Assembly (NCBI GenBank): GCA_965208105.1
Contig: OZ242318.1
Span: forward strand, 4,352,001-4,416,000
Reading direction: 5' to 3'
Length of the DNA stretch: 64,000 nt
Source of the DNA: Candidatus Latescibacterota bacterium
Lineage (GTDB): Bacteria; Latescibacterota; UBA2968; UBA8231
Shown here one piece after another: positions 18,326-28,043 of the stretch. Each line of letters begins with the position of its first letter. The first letter of the stretch is position 1. The position numbers and the translations under genes were made by a program. The notes under the pieces were generated by a model. That model was given only the letters and a program-made list of their open reading frames with translations, searched no databases and had not been told where the DNA came from.

Positions 18326-19120
18326 ATGGCCAACCCCAAGCTCGTGCTAGTGGTTATTGATGGTTTGCGGCCTGAAGCTTTGTCGCAATCCGACTGTCCC
18401 ACCTTGCAAGACCTTCAGCGGCGGGGGGCCTGGACCCTGAATGCCCGGGCCGATATGCCTTCGGTGACCATGCCCTGCCACATGTCGATGTTCCACAGCG
18501 TCCCCGTCACCCGGCATGGCATCAGCTCCAATACATGGACGCCCATGGCCCGTCCCCTCCCGGGTCTCGTGGAGCAAATCCGGGCGGCCGATCGCACCAG
18601 CGCTTTCTTTTACGGCTGGGATGGTTTGCGCAATCTCTGCACGCCCGGGATGCTGACCCATGCCTTTTTCCGCGAAAAGCGCGACCTCGACAACGACGAC
18701 GCGATCGCCACGGCGGCTGTTCGGTGTCTCACAGACGAACAACCCGATTTTTCCTTCATCCATTTTGATACTGTCGATGGCGCGGGACACCGGTCGGGTT
18801 GGCTCTCTGAGGGGTATCTGCACCAGGTCACCCGGATCGACGCAGATTTGGAACGGGTCCTCGATGCGGTGCCTGACCAGAGCACCATCATGGTGCTGAG
18901 CGACCATGGGGGCCATGACCGCACACACGGTACCGATGCAAGCGAAGATATGACAATTCCCTGGTTGATTGCCGGCCCCGCCATTCGACCCAATTACGCC
19001 ATTCAAACGCCCGTAGATCTCCTGAGCATTGCTCCTACCATTGCCCGTATTCTACAGATTACACCTGCAGCAGATTGGGAGGGTACCGCCGTCGAAGAGA
19101 TTTTCATTGAGCCGGCGTGA
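18326..19120 (+). CDS. Alkaline phosphatase superfamily nucleotide pyrophosphatase/phosphodiesterase
   Basis: IDGLRP, SVTMPCH, DGAGH, LSDHGG, THG. Confidence 0.88.
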   Translation: MANPKLVLVVIDGLRPEALSQSDCPTLQDLQRRGAWTLNARADMPSVTMPCHMSMFHSVPVTRHGISSNTWTPMARPLPGLVEQIRAADRTSAFFYGWDGLRNLCTPGMLTHAFFREKRDLDNDDAIATAAVRCLTDEQPDFSFIHFDTVDGAGHRSGWLSEGYLHQVTRIDADLERVLDAVPDQSTIMVLSDHGGHDRTHGTDASEDMTIPWLIAGPAIRPNYAIQTPVDLLSIAPTIARILQITPAADWEGTAVEEIFIEPA

Positions 19121-19230
19121 CCTGCGCCGCCACGCCGGTAGGTGCGGAGTTTAATCGGGTTTCCCGGGTGCGGGCAGCCGATGTGAAGCTTCAGCCAGGA
19201 GCCGAGTTATCGATCTGCTAGCTCTGTCTG

Positions 19231-20298
19231 CTAGCTCTGTCTGCCGTCCCTCAGCGAATGCTCCACGGACTGTCTGGCTGCACTGTCACGCTCCCAGAGA
19301 TCGGCGTCCTCACCGGCATCGACCCGGCGATCGAAGATGTGGACAAGATCTCCATCATCGCCGAAGAACAACGCGTACTTCTCGGACCGCACCGTGACGG
19401 TTTCGCCATCTTTGTGCACCGCCTGTCCCTCGTGCACGAGCCGCATCCCGGAGTCGCGGCCTTCGATCAAACCGCGCAGAGACATGCCCTGGACATTGTA
19501 CGGCATGGGGAGCTCGCAGTAGTCGAGTATGGTGGGCAGCACGTCGATCTGGCGCGTGAGCTCCTGGGCGACGGAACCCGGTTGGATGTGTCCGGGACAG
19601 CGCACCAGGAGAGGGATTCGCAGGTTGGTGATCCACAGCGTGCCGTGACCGCGCTCGACCCCGTGATCGTTCAAGTGCTCGCCGTGATCGGCGGTGATTG
19701 CAGCGAAGGTGTTGTCGGCACCCAGCCGCTCATCCCAGCCGGCTATGAACCGACCGATGAGGGTATCGACAAACTCCACCTCGCCCACGTAGGTCTTCGG
19801 GAACGGGTCGGGGCAGTTGTCCGGCGTGTGGGGGTCGATGAAGTGTACCCATAGGAATTGCGGCCGACTCGCATCGACTCTGTCCAACCAGGCCTCCACC
19901 CTCTGAATGGTTTGGTCCCCCCGGTTCTCCTCGGCTCCGGCGCCTCCTTCGCTGTGGGCTTCCTCGAAGCCGAGCACATCCTGGAGCTGGAAACCTCCCC
20001 AGCTGGTGATCGCGGTGGTGGCGTATCCCTGCGCCGTCGCGATCTCGGCCAGGGTGGTCCGGCGGCGCGGGGTCTGCACCCCATTCCAGTTGACGCCGTG
20101 CACCGACGGCACGCAGCCGCTGAGCAGACTGGTGTGCGAGGGCAGGGTCGTAGCCAAGGAGGACAGGTGCTGCTGAAAACGAGCTCCCGAAGCAGCGAAC
20201 GCATCCAGGTTCGGGGTGCGGATCTCCATCTCCTGGTAGCAGGCGAGATGATCGGCGCGCAGCGAATCGATGGTGATAAGCAGAATATGCATCTTCAT
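19231..20298 (-). CDS. Sulfatase-like hydrolase (Thr-type motif)
   Basis: ITIDSLRADHL, TTLPSHTSLLSG, WVHFIDPH, TADHGE; ATGA overlap with upstream gene. Confidence 0.85.
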   Translation of the reverse strand: MKMHILLITIDSLRADHLACYQEMEIRTPNLDAFAASGARFQQHLSSLATTLPSHTSLLSGCVPSVHGVNWNGVQTPRRRTTLAEIATAQGYATTAITSWGGFQLQDVLGFEEAHSEGGAGAEENRGDQTIQRVEAWLDRVDASRPQFLWVHFIDPHTPDNCPDPFPKTYVGEVEFVDTLIGRFIAGWDERLGADNTFAAITADHGEHLNDHGVERGHGTLWITNLRIPLLVRCPGHIQPGSVAQELTRQIDVLPTILDYCELPMPYNVQGMSLRGLIEGRDSGMRLVHEGQAVHKDGETVTVRSEKYALFFGDDGDLVHIFDRRVDAGEDADLWERDSAARQSVEHSLRDGRQS

Positions 20299-21488
20299 GG
20301 CGGTAGTCCCTCCGGAATTTCCTGGGTTTCGTTGAGGATCCACAGCGGCTGGCAGAACGCCCACTGACTCAGCTCCGGCTGCTCGTCCGGCCAGCGCGAC
20401 CGGCCGTTTTCGCACTCGATGCGGACGTAGCCCTCATTGCCGACAATCCGGTACCGGGCGGACAGATCTTCGACTTCGAGAAGGGTGCTGCCCCCGTGCC
20501 CGATGAAGCGAATGCGCTCGGCGTTTTCGGTACTGACGCAGATATGGTCGCCTTCCAGCGTGAGCGACGATACCGAAACTCCGGTACTGACGCAGAAACT
20601 CCCGCTTCGCAAGGCGCGGCGCACCTCCGCCACACTGAGCGAATCAGCCCAGACATCGGTCCATGCTATAAATGGTTCGGCGCCGCCGTCGACACCGTGG
20701 GTGTGCATGTCGTCGTTGCCATATCCCCAACAGCTGACCCGAGCGCTGAGGATACCGTCCCACAGACGGCGAGCAAATCCCCGCGTGCCGGCGGGATCCT
20801 GCTGCTTCCCGTGTCGCATGGTGTACCCGTTGACGACCTCGATGCCGTCGAATCGGCGCAGTTCGGGGTGATCGAGGAAGAAGGCCGGATCGTCGTCCCA
20901 GGCGTGGGGATGGGGCAGGTAGACCACGCCGCCCGCCTGCTGCGTCACTTCCCGGTATCCGTGTGTGCCGCGGAAACGAGCGATATCGCTCCCCTCGGTG
21001 TAGATGGGATACCCGTTAACCACGATGTGAGGGCCGGTGAAATGGTCCTCGAAACCGGGCAGCAGGAGCAGCTCGCCCGGTCGCTCGATCTTCCAGTTCT
21101 CCGCGACCCACGGTCGTCCCTGTTCGGCGGCCGTCCGGCTGTAATCGCGTACGTAGGCCTCCCGGCCGGCGTCTTCGGGGATGGCCTTGTGCGGCTTGTG
21201 TCCGGTGCCTATCGCGCGGGCGCGCGACATGACGACGCCGTCGAGGTTCCAGTCGTGGACGCCGTCGCCGTCCTGGTCGCCGTTGGCGTTGTGGTCGGCG
21301 ATGCAGAGGATCTGGTAGCCCGCGCGGGCGTAGAGATCGGCTACTTCTTGCGGCGACAGCTTGCCGTCGCTGTGCGTACTGTGGCAATGGAGGTTAGCTT
21401 TGAATGCGGGCGCACCTGGATTATGGAAGGATCCGACGACGAACAGCTTCGATCTGTTCGTCCTGATTTCGCGGCGTTCCAGCATCAT
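20295..21488 (-). CDS. PHP-domain (CehA/McbA-like) metallohydrolase
   Basis: KANLHCHSTHSDG, IADHN, PHP, GIEVVN, GNDDMH. Confidence 0.85.
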   Translation of the reverse strand: MMLERREIRTNRSKLFVVGSFHNPGAPAFKANLHCHSTHSDGKLSPQEVADLYARAGYQILCIADHNANGDQDGDGVHDWNLDGVVMSRARAIGTGHKPHKAIPEDAGREAYVRDYSRTAAEQGRPWVAENWKIERPGELLLLPGFEDHFTGPHIVVNGYPIYTEGSDIARFRGTHGYREVTQQAGGVVYLPHPHAWDDDPAFFLDHPELRRFDGIEVVNGYTMRHGKQQDPAGTRGFARRLWDGILSARVSCWGYGNDDMHTHGVDGGAEPFIAWTDVWADSLSVAEVRRALRSGSFCVSTGVSVSSLTLEGDHICVSTENAERIRFIGHGGSTLLEVEDLSARYRIVGNEGYVRIECENGRSRWPDEQPELSQWAFCQPLWILNETQEIPEGLPP

Positions 21489-21578
21489 CCACTCTTTCCG
21501 CTCATTACCTCTTCATGGTCAGGTGGTGGAACGAAATAGTCTCAGGGCCGAAACTCGTGACCCAGATCTCCCAGGAGC

Positions 21579-21733
21579 CGCCTTTGCCTCGGCCTGCAGC
21601 GAATTGCGTCGCTTTTGGACACTATTCACTGGCGATCGGCGAGTTCTCCGGATTGCGATTTGACGAAATCTTTCCTAAACATACACAATCCGGCGCGCCG
21701 GTCGATAGATAGTCAATAAGAAAGGACGAACCC
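21579..21733 (+). repeat. Direct repeat A, copy 1 (23-bp block + 91-bp promoter/RBS-like block)
   Basis: 21643-21733 matches 24935-25025 with about 3 mismatches; 21579-21601 matches 24892-24914. Confidence 0.9.
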
Positions 21734-21843
21734 ATGCCGGATACGAAGCGGTAGCCCAACCCGTGCTGGACCTTCGCCGTCAGGTCGGTACTTTCAGTAC
21801 GCCGTCGGTCCGCCAAGCATGACTATAAAGGAAGGTAGGTGTC

Positions 21844-22866
21844 ATGAAAGGTGTCGTCTTTCTGGGTGAGTGCAAATGCGAGGTGCGAGAATTCCCCGAT
21901 CCAGTTCCCGGTCCTGGACAGGTTCGAGTGAAAATGATGGCCACCGGAATCTGCGGCAGCGATATGCGCGCCTATCCCGTGACCAGGGAGCAGGCAAACG
22001 AGAGGGGCGACAGAATACCGGGCCACGAACCGTGTGGCATCGTCGACTTCCTGGGCGATGGGGTGAAAAGGATCAAGGAAGGCGATAGAGTGACGGTATA
22101 TCATTACAAGGGGTGCGGCCATTGTGCAGATTGCGCCGCCGGGGACCTGATGTGGTGCAATCGGACCAAGGCTTACGGAGCCCATATGCATGGTTCGCAC
22201 GCCGATTTTGTGGTTGCCGATGAGCGCAACTGCGTTCCGCTTCCCGATGGCCTCAGTTTCATCGACGGCGCGTTCACCTCCTGTCCGGCGGGGACAGCTT
22301 ATTGCTCAATGCAGAAGCTTCAGGTCAAGGCGGGCGATTCGGTAGCGGTCTTCGGCTTGGGTCCAGTTGGACTGAGCGGGGTTTTGCTGGCGAAGGCCAA
22401 AGGGTGCAGAGTAATTGGCGTCGACATTGTCCAGGATCGCGTCGCGCTGGCGAAGCAGGTGGGAGCGGATGCCGCGGTCAATGCCCGTCGCGAGGATGCG
22501 GTCGAAGCTATAGGCGATTTCACCGGTGGATACGGAGCGACAGCGGCGTTCGAAGCGTCGGGAAGTCTGGAGGGTCGCGAGAATTTGGGTGCCTGCCTTG
22601 GACGCCGAGGTCGAGGCGTTCTCGTCGGTACGGGCAGTTCAGAGAAATTCCTGGATCCGAACCAAATCAAGAGCAAACAGTTGACTTTGATCGGCTCGTT
22701 TGTGCTTCCCCTGTGGATGACCTGGGAGATGGTGGATTTTCTGGATGCACAGAGTCTCTCTTTTGAAAGCGCCGTGACCCACCGATTCCCACTGGAAAAA
22801 GCGGACGAAGCTTACGCGACTTTTGCGGCAGGAAAGAGCGGCAAAGTCATTTTCGAATCGCAGTGA
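21844..22866 (+). CDS. Zinc-dependent alcohol/polyol dehydrogenase
   Basis: GICGSD, GHEPCG, CGHCADC...C, GLGPVG. Confidence 0.92.
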   Translation: MKGVVFLGECKCEVREFPDPVPGPGQVRVKMMATGICGSDMRAYPVTREQANERGDRIPGHEPCGIVDFLGDGVKRIKEGDRVTVYHYKGCGHCADCAAGDLMWCNRTKAYGAHMHGSHADFVVADERNCVPLPDGLSFIDGAFTSCPAGTAYCSMQKLQVKAGDSVAVFGLGPVGLSGVLLAKAKGCRVIGVDIVQDRVALAKQVGADAAVNARREDAVEAIGDFTGGYGATAAFEASGSLEGRENLGACLGRRGRGVLVGTGSSEKFLDPNQIKSKQLTLIGSFVLPLWMTWEMVDFLDAQSLSFESAVTHRFPLEKADEAYATFAAGKSGKVIFESQ

Positions 22867-22893
22867 GGTGTGTTGCTGCCAGGGTCGCAGTTG

Positions 22894-23943
22894 CTACCGT
22901 GCGAAAGCGCGGGCGATGCGCCACACACCGCGGGCGTTGGGCGTGGTGCCGTCGCACCCCTCGTAGACCATTCCGAACGCTCCTTCTTCGGAACCGGCCG
23001 GCATCTCGAACACGCACATCTCCGACGCCTTGACCGCGTCGGGGCCGTTCCCGTCTGGAACGATCGCGGAACCGTCCGCGCGCCAGTCCAGACCATCGGG
23101 CGAGGTGGCTGAAAGAATCTGCTGGCTTCCGCCCTGGGTAGGCACCGTTTCGGAAACCTGGGAGGTGTAATACATCCGGTAACCGCCTTCCGGCAGTCGA
23201 ACGATCTCGGGCGCGAATGCAGTGGGATCTTCTGGCAACCGTGGTCCCTCTACATCGAAGTCCGTCCCGCCATTGGTCGAGACAGCACTGACGATGCCAA
23301 CGTCCCGTTGGGTCACGTACAGCCGGACACGGCCATCGTCGGTATAGATGATGCGCGACGCCATCACGTTGCCGCCGCTGATCCGCAAGCGGTGCCCCTC
23401 TTCGAGGGTCCAGGTCAGACCGCCATCCGCGGACAGGGCGCTGCGAATCGAGTTCTCCGTCGACTGCGTGCCCGGGCAGCTTTCGAAATACATGCGCAGG
23501 CGGCCCGACCCATCCGTCATCGGCACTACCTCCGACGACACCACGCGAAACTCACCGGCGTTGCCCTGCTCCGGCGTGAGCCGCACACCTGGTTCCGGTC
23601 TCCAGCTGAGGCCGTCTGTCGACACCGCACTGAGGATGCGGGTGGTGGCGTTTTCGTAGTCGTTGGCTCCGGCCGGGTGACCGGACCGCGGCAGGATCTG
23701 GGTGTAGTACATCCGGTAACTGCGGTCGGGCAGCCGTATCACGCGGGGACTCACCGAGCCGCAGATACCGCTGCGCATCGCATCGCGGGGCCAACGGGTC
23801 CCGGGATCGGGAGGCGGTGCCGCGTGCTCGTCCGGGACCGCGTCGATGGCGGCGACTTCGGTCCTCGTCCAGGCGTTTCCCGGATCTCGCGTCACCGTAT
23901 GCACTTCTGGGGTACCGGTCGTCGACTGCGTCAGGTCTATCAT
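22894..23943 (-). CDS. Beta-propeller glycosidase-like (BNR/GH32-43-like) protein
   Basis: Repeated YRMYY...ILSAxSxDGLxW blades. Confidence 0.75.
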   Translation of the reverse strand: MIDLTQSTTGTPEVHTVTRDPGNAWTRTEVAAIDAVPDEHAAPPPDPGTRWPRDAMRSGICGSVSPRVIRLPDRSYRMYYTQILPRSGHPAGANDYENATTRILSAVSTDGLSWRPEPGVRLTPEQGNAGEFRVVSSEVVPMTDGSGRLRMYFESCPGTQSTENSIRSALSADGGLTWTLEEGHRLRISGGNVMASRIIYTDDGRVRLYVTQRDVGIVSAVSTNGGTDFDVEGPRLPEDPTAFAPEIVRLPEGGYRMYYTSQVSETVPTQGGSQQILSATSPDGLDWRADGSAIVPDGNGPDAVKASEMCVFEMPAGSEEGAFGMVYEGCDGTTPNARGVWRIARAFAR

Positions 23944-24689
23944 CTGTCTACCTCCGCTTTGCTAGCGATGGTGATTATCTCCGGGCTCGTATCTGTCAGT
24001 GGACTGTAGTGCCAGTCCCCGAACTGCTGCTCGATCCTCATTCCGCCATCGGCAATGAACCCAGACAACGAATCGCCCCCAAGGAACCGCAATTTGCTGT
24101 GGCTTATCTTGGGGCCGGGCCAATCCGAGCTCGTGTAGGTGTGGCTGAAATCGACAATCTCCCCTTCCACCTTCTCCACCACGCACTTCGATCGCACCAC
24201 TCTTCCGGTACTGCCGGTAACCTGACCCGAGTATAGTTTATCCCACTGTTCCCACTCACGAGCAAGAGGATTGCGGGTTTCGAACGCGAACCGTCCATCG
24301 TCCGTGAGCGCAGCGCCGATCGCAGCGAGCGCCGTCCGCAACTCATCATCCCCGACAAACACCTGGAAGGCGTGCCCGCTCATCAAGATCAGGTCGAACT
24401 CGCTTTTCCAGGAGACGGACGACAGGTCGCCGAGCACCCACTCGATACCGGGTTGTTTGCGTGCCTGTTCGAGCATCCCCTGAGCAGGGTCAAGTCCGCA
24501 CAATCGGCCCCGGTGACCTCGATCCCGTGCTCGGTGAAGCAATGCCCCGGTCCCGCAGCCGACGTCGAGCACCGCTGTAGCCTCCGTGATCAACGGAAGA
24601 TAGAAGGCGAAGTCCCCTCTTCCGTCCGGCGGCGCGAAGAGATCGTACAGGGCAGCTAGATCGGGGTCAGCGAAAAGGAGATCCGGCAT
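23940..24689 (-). CDS. Class I SAM-dependent methyltransferase
   Basis: VLDVGCGTG, GLDPAQGML; ATGA overlap with downstream gene. Confidence 0.9.
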   Translation of the reverse strand: MPDLLFADPDLAALYDLFAPPDGRGDFAFYLPLITEATAVLDVGCGTGALLHRARDRGHRGRLCGLDPAQGMLEQARKQPGIEWVLGDLSSVSWKSEFDLILMSGHAFQVFVGDDELRTALAAIGAALTDDGRFAFETRNPLAREWEQWDKLYSGQVTGSTGRVVRSKCVVEKVEGEIVDFSHTYTSSDWPGPKISHSKLRFLGGDSLSGFIADGGMRIEQQFGDWHYSPLTDTSPEIITIASKAEVDR

Positions 24690-24763
24690 GGTACCTCTCG
24701 AGAAGACGCCCTCTGGTAGGGTGGCTGGACGTCCTGTGCGCTCTCCACCACTTCGACTCCGTC

Positions 24764-24892
24764 TCAGAATGCTACGTGGTCCATTGTCTCAGCGGCAGCA
24801 TCTTTGGGGTCCGGATAATGCCACGCCGCGTCCGGATTCTGCTCCTCTCCAACCACGACATTATAATAGTGGGCGACATAATAGTGGGCGAC
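24764..24892 (-). pseudogene. DUF427 (NTP_transf_9) C-terminal fragment
   Basis: AHYYNVVVGEEQNPDAAWHYPDPKDAAAETMDHVAF. Confidence 0.75.
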
Positions 24893-25025
24893 GCCTTTGC
24901 CTCGGCGTGCAGCGCTCGAGCAGCTCCGGTGTGGGTTCTCCGGATTGCGATTTGACGAAATCTTCCCAAAACATACACAATCCGGCGCGCCGGTCGATAG
25001 ATAGTCAATACGAAAGGACGAACCC
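24892..25025 (+). repeat. Direct repeat A, copy 2
   Basis: Matches 21579-21733 with a different spacer between the two blocks. Confidence 0.9.
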
Positions 25026-25257
25026 TTACCGGCGCGGATGTCCCCCTGGTGTCGGACACGGCCGCCAAAACGCCGCCCGACCGGCAAACGATGCCCCTTG
25101 GGTGTGTTCGGCGCCTTGACAAGAGGGCCGAAAAGGGGCCTAATTTTTCCTGTACTTAGCAGTTCATTGATGATGCGGAGAGCATGACAGCCGGATTCGA
25201 GAATGTGGATGCCAGGGACAGACGGGCGTTTGCGGATTAGGACGGAGGAGAGATCGA

Positions 25258-26448
25258 ATGAAGATTACTGACCTCAAGTGCGCCGTCATCGGCGGCAACC
25301 CTGTCGTTCGTATCAAGACCGACAGTGAAATTGACGGTCTTGGGCAGGCCGAGTGGACGAAGCGGTACCTGAAGCCTCACGTGCTTTTTTATCGCGACAT
25401 GATACTGGGGCAGGACCCCACGGACGTTGAGCGGGTCATGGACAGGATCCGCAGGATGGGGAGCTTCAAGCCCTGGGGCGCCGCGGTGAGCGCAATCGAG
25501 GTGGCGCTGTGGGACATCGCCGGGAAGGCGGCGGGACTCCCGGTGTACAAGCTGTTGGGCGGCAAGGTGAGGGACAAGGTCAGGGTCTATAACGGGGGCG
25601 TGAGGGTGCCGCTGGAAGGGCATTCGCCCGAGCACTACGCTGAGGACATGGCCAGGATGAAGGAGTTCAAAGAGGGGTTCACTATCATCAAGCAGGGGAT
25701 CGCTTTCCACTCGCGTACGCCGGAGGAGGTCCCGGACTTCTTCTACGGTGAGCGTCCCCAGGGGGTAAGGTCGGCGTTCGGCGGGCCTCTCACGGAGCGC
25801 GGCCTGAAGCACACGGTAGCCTGTATTGAGGCGATGAAGGACGTGCTGGGAGACGAGATCGGCCTCGCTCTGGACTGCGGCCCGGGGATGACGGTGCCTG
25901 ACGCTCTCCGACTCGCGAAGGCGGTGGAGCCGCTGAATGTGATGTGGCTGGAGGACATGATTACGGGGGACTATACGCCCTATGTTCTGCCGGAACTGTA
26001 CCGTGATGTGACAACTGCCACGTCCACGCCGATTCACACGGGTGAGCAGATATACCTCAGGCAGAACTTCAAGGACCTGATCGAAAAGAAGGCGGTAAAC
26101 ATAATTGGACCGGACCCGCTGGATGTCGGAGGAATTGCCGAGTTGAAGTGGATCGCCGAGTTCGCGGACCTCCACGGAATCCTCATGGCGCCGCACGGCG
26201 TTGCGGACGGGCTCATCGGACTGGCGGCGCACGTCCACCTGGCCGCGACACTTCCGCGGAACTACATCGCGTTGGAGTATCCCGTGGGAAAGCCGGAGTG
26301 GTGGTACGACCTTATTGACGGACTTCCGTCCCCGATAGTGGAGGATGGATTCATTCGGGTCTGGGACACACCCGGTTTAGGCGTCACATTCAACGTGCCG
26401 GAGGCGAAGAAGCGTTTGTCCGAGGAGGACAGGGGCTTCTTCGATTAG
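25258..26448 (+). CDS. Mandelate racemase/muconate lactonizing enzyme family protein
   Basis: SAIEVALWDIAGK, LLGGKVRDKVRVY, LDC/WLED/TGE metal ligands, APH. Confidence 0.92.
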   Translation: MKITDLKCAVIGGNPVVRIKTDSEIDGLGQAEWTKRYLKPHVLFYRDMILGQDPTDVERVMDRIRRMGSFKPWGAAVSAIEVALWDIAGKAAGLPVYKLLGGKVRDKVRVYNGGVRVPLEGHSPEHYAEDMARMKEFKEGFTIIKQGIAFHSRTPEEVPDFFYGERPQGVRSAFGGPLTERGLKHTVACIEAMKDVLGDEIGLALDCGPGMTVPDALRLAKAVEPLNVMWLEDMITGDYTPYVLPELYRDVTTATSTPIHTGEQIYLRQNFKDLIEKKAVNIIGPDPLDVGGIAELKWIAEFADLHGILMAPHGVADGLIGLAAHVHLAATLPRNYIALEYPVGKPEWWYDLIDGLPSPIVEDGFIRVWDTPGLGVTFNVPEAKKRLSEEDRGFFD

Positions 26449-26565
26449 TACAGCGCCAAGCAAGTTTTCCATTTGTAAGCCTGCCCTGCCCTTGGACTGT
26501 TGCTTTCGGGGGCTTTTTCGAAACCCTATTCCACCTCTTTAAGGTTGCGATAGAGGGGAAACAGA

Positions 26566-27921
26566 TTGGCAAACCAAGACCTGGACCTATACGAACGCGT
26601 TTACGAACTGTTCCACCACCTGGGCCTGACGAAAGCGCACGTGGCCGCCCACCAGTGGCCGGGTGACTGGCAAGGTTTGGCCGGCGAGCGCCCCGAGCTG
26701 CTCTCATCCTTGACCCTCGCCGGCGGATTGCCGCCAGACACCTCTGCGTTGGAAGACATGTCCGTGCCCCTGTTCGTTTTCTACGGAGAAGGTGGTTCTG
26801 CCCATCGCGATATCGGGCCGACCTTGGATTCCTGGACCAACGCAAGCTCATTGAAACTCAGCGGCTATTCCCGAGAGCTGTGGGACGATATCGTAGCCGA
26901 CCATTTACAAGAGGTCGCGCCGGCCTGGGAAGAATTCCTTGGAAACGCGGATGCAGCGGCTGCGATTCACGAGGCCACGTGTAAAGAAGGCGCCATCCAT
27001 AACGCTGCTTGCAAGGAAGGCAGCGGCGAGCGTGCGGGGTTGAGGTATGAGCTGCGCGGCTCGGGACCGGCGCTGGTGTTGTTCCCCCTGGGACTGGCGA
27101 AATCTCAGTGGGAACCGCTCGTGGAACGACTGGCTGAGCGCTATTGCACGATCACCGTTCGGGGGCCGCACTTGGGGCCGGCGGCGGTTCTGGAAGGACG
27201 CGCCAGATCGAGTGGATACCTGGATGTTGTAGGAAGGGTTGTGGATGCGGCGCGGCTGCAGCCGGGAGAACGGGTGCTCGAGGTGGGGTGTGGTACCGGC
27301 GCCATTGTGAGAAGGCTGGCCGCGCACAACCCTGAATGTTCCTTCACCGGTGTCGACGTGAATACCTATCTACTGGAGGAAGCCAGGTCACTGGCGGAGG
27401 CAAACGCAGCGGAGGCGGTCAAATTTGAGGAGGGAAACGCCGAGACGCTGCCTTTTTTCGACGGAAGCTTCGATGCCGCCCTGTCGTTCACGGTGCTCGA
27501 GGAGCTGGATGTGGACAAGGCGCTGGCGGAAATGGTGCGGGTGGTGAAACCGGGAGGTCGGGTGGGCGTTCTCGTCCGTTCGGTGGATACAAATGTGGTC
27601 GTGAATCTACCGGTAGGCGCCGAAGTACGACAAAAGTTGGAAGCGCCGCCCCGATGGTGGGGAGGGGTAGGGCAGAAAGGCTGCGCTGACCGGAGTTTGT
27701 ACCGCAGATTTATCGACGCCGGGCTCAAGGATGTACAGATGTTGCCGCAGCTTGCCACCTACACTGACCGGGAACGATTGGAGGGAGTGTATCCTCAGTT
27801 TGCTGCGCTGCTCGATTCAAAAGAGCGGGATGAATGGTGGACCGCGGTGCAGGCCGCCACGGCGGAGGGAACCGCATTCATCTCGCAGCCGATGCACAGT
27901 GCTGTAGGTACGAAGCCATAG
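26566..27921 (+). CDS. Alpha/beta-hydrolase-like N-terminus fused to class I SAM methyltransferase
   Basis: LRYELRGSGPALVLF; VLEVGCGTG; EMVRVVKPGG; TTG start after GAGGGG. Confidence 0.8.
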   Translation: MANQDLDLYERVYELFHHLGLTKAHVAAHQWPGDWQGLAGERPELLSSLTLAGGLPPDTSALEDMSVPLFVFYGEGGSAHRDIGPTLDSWTNASSLKLSGYSRELWDDIVADHLQEVAPAWEEFLGNADAAAAIHEATCKEGAIHNAACKEGSGERAGLRYELRGSGPALVLFPLGLAKSQWEPLVERLAERYCTITVRGPHLGPAAVLEGRARSSGYLDVVGRVVDAARLQPGERVLEVGCGTGAIVRRLAAHNPECSFTGVDVNTYLLEEARSLAEANAAEAVKFEEGNAETLPFFDGSFDAALSFTVLEELDVDKALAEMVRVVKPGGRVGVLVRSVDTNVVVNLPVGAEVRQKLEAPPRWWGGVGQKGCADRSLYRRFIDAGLKDVQMLPQLATYTDRERLEGVYPQFAALLDSKERDEWWTAVQAATAEGTAFISQPMHSAVGTKP

Positions 27922-28043
27922 CGCGGTCCGAATCCACCTGGTGCCGACGCAGTGCCCGTGCCGTCTGTCGGCCGGTGACCGGTGCTCGCCCAAGTCCCGG
28001 ATCGATCCGGCCTCACCTGCAGAGCAACTTTATCAACGGGCTG

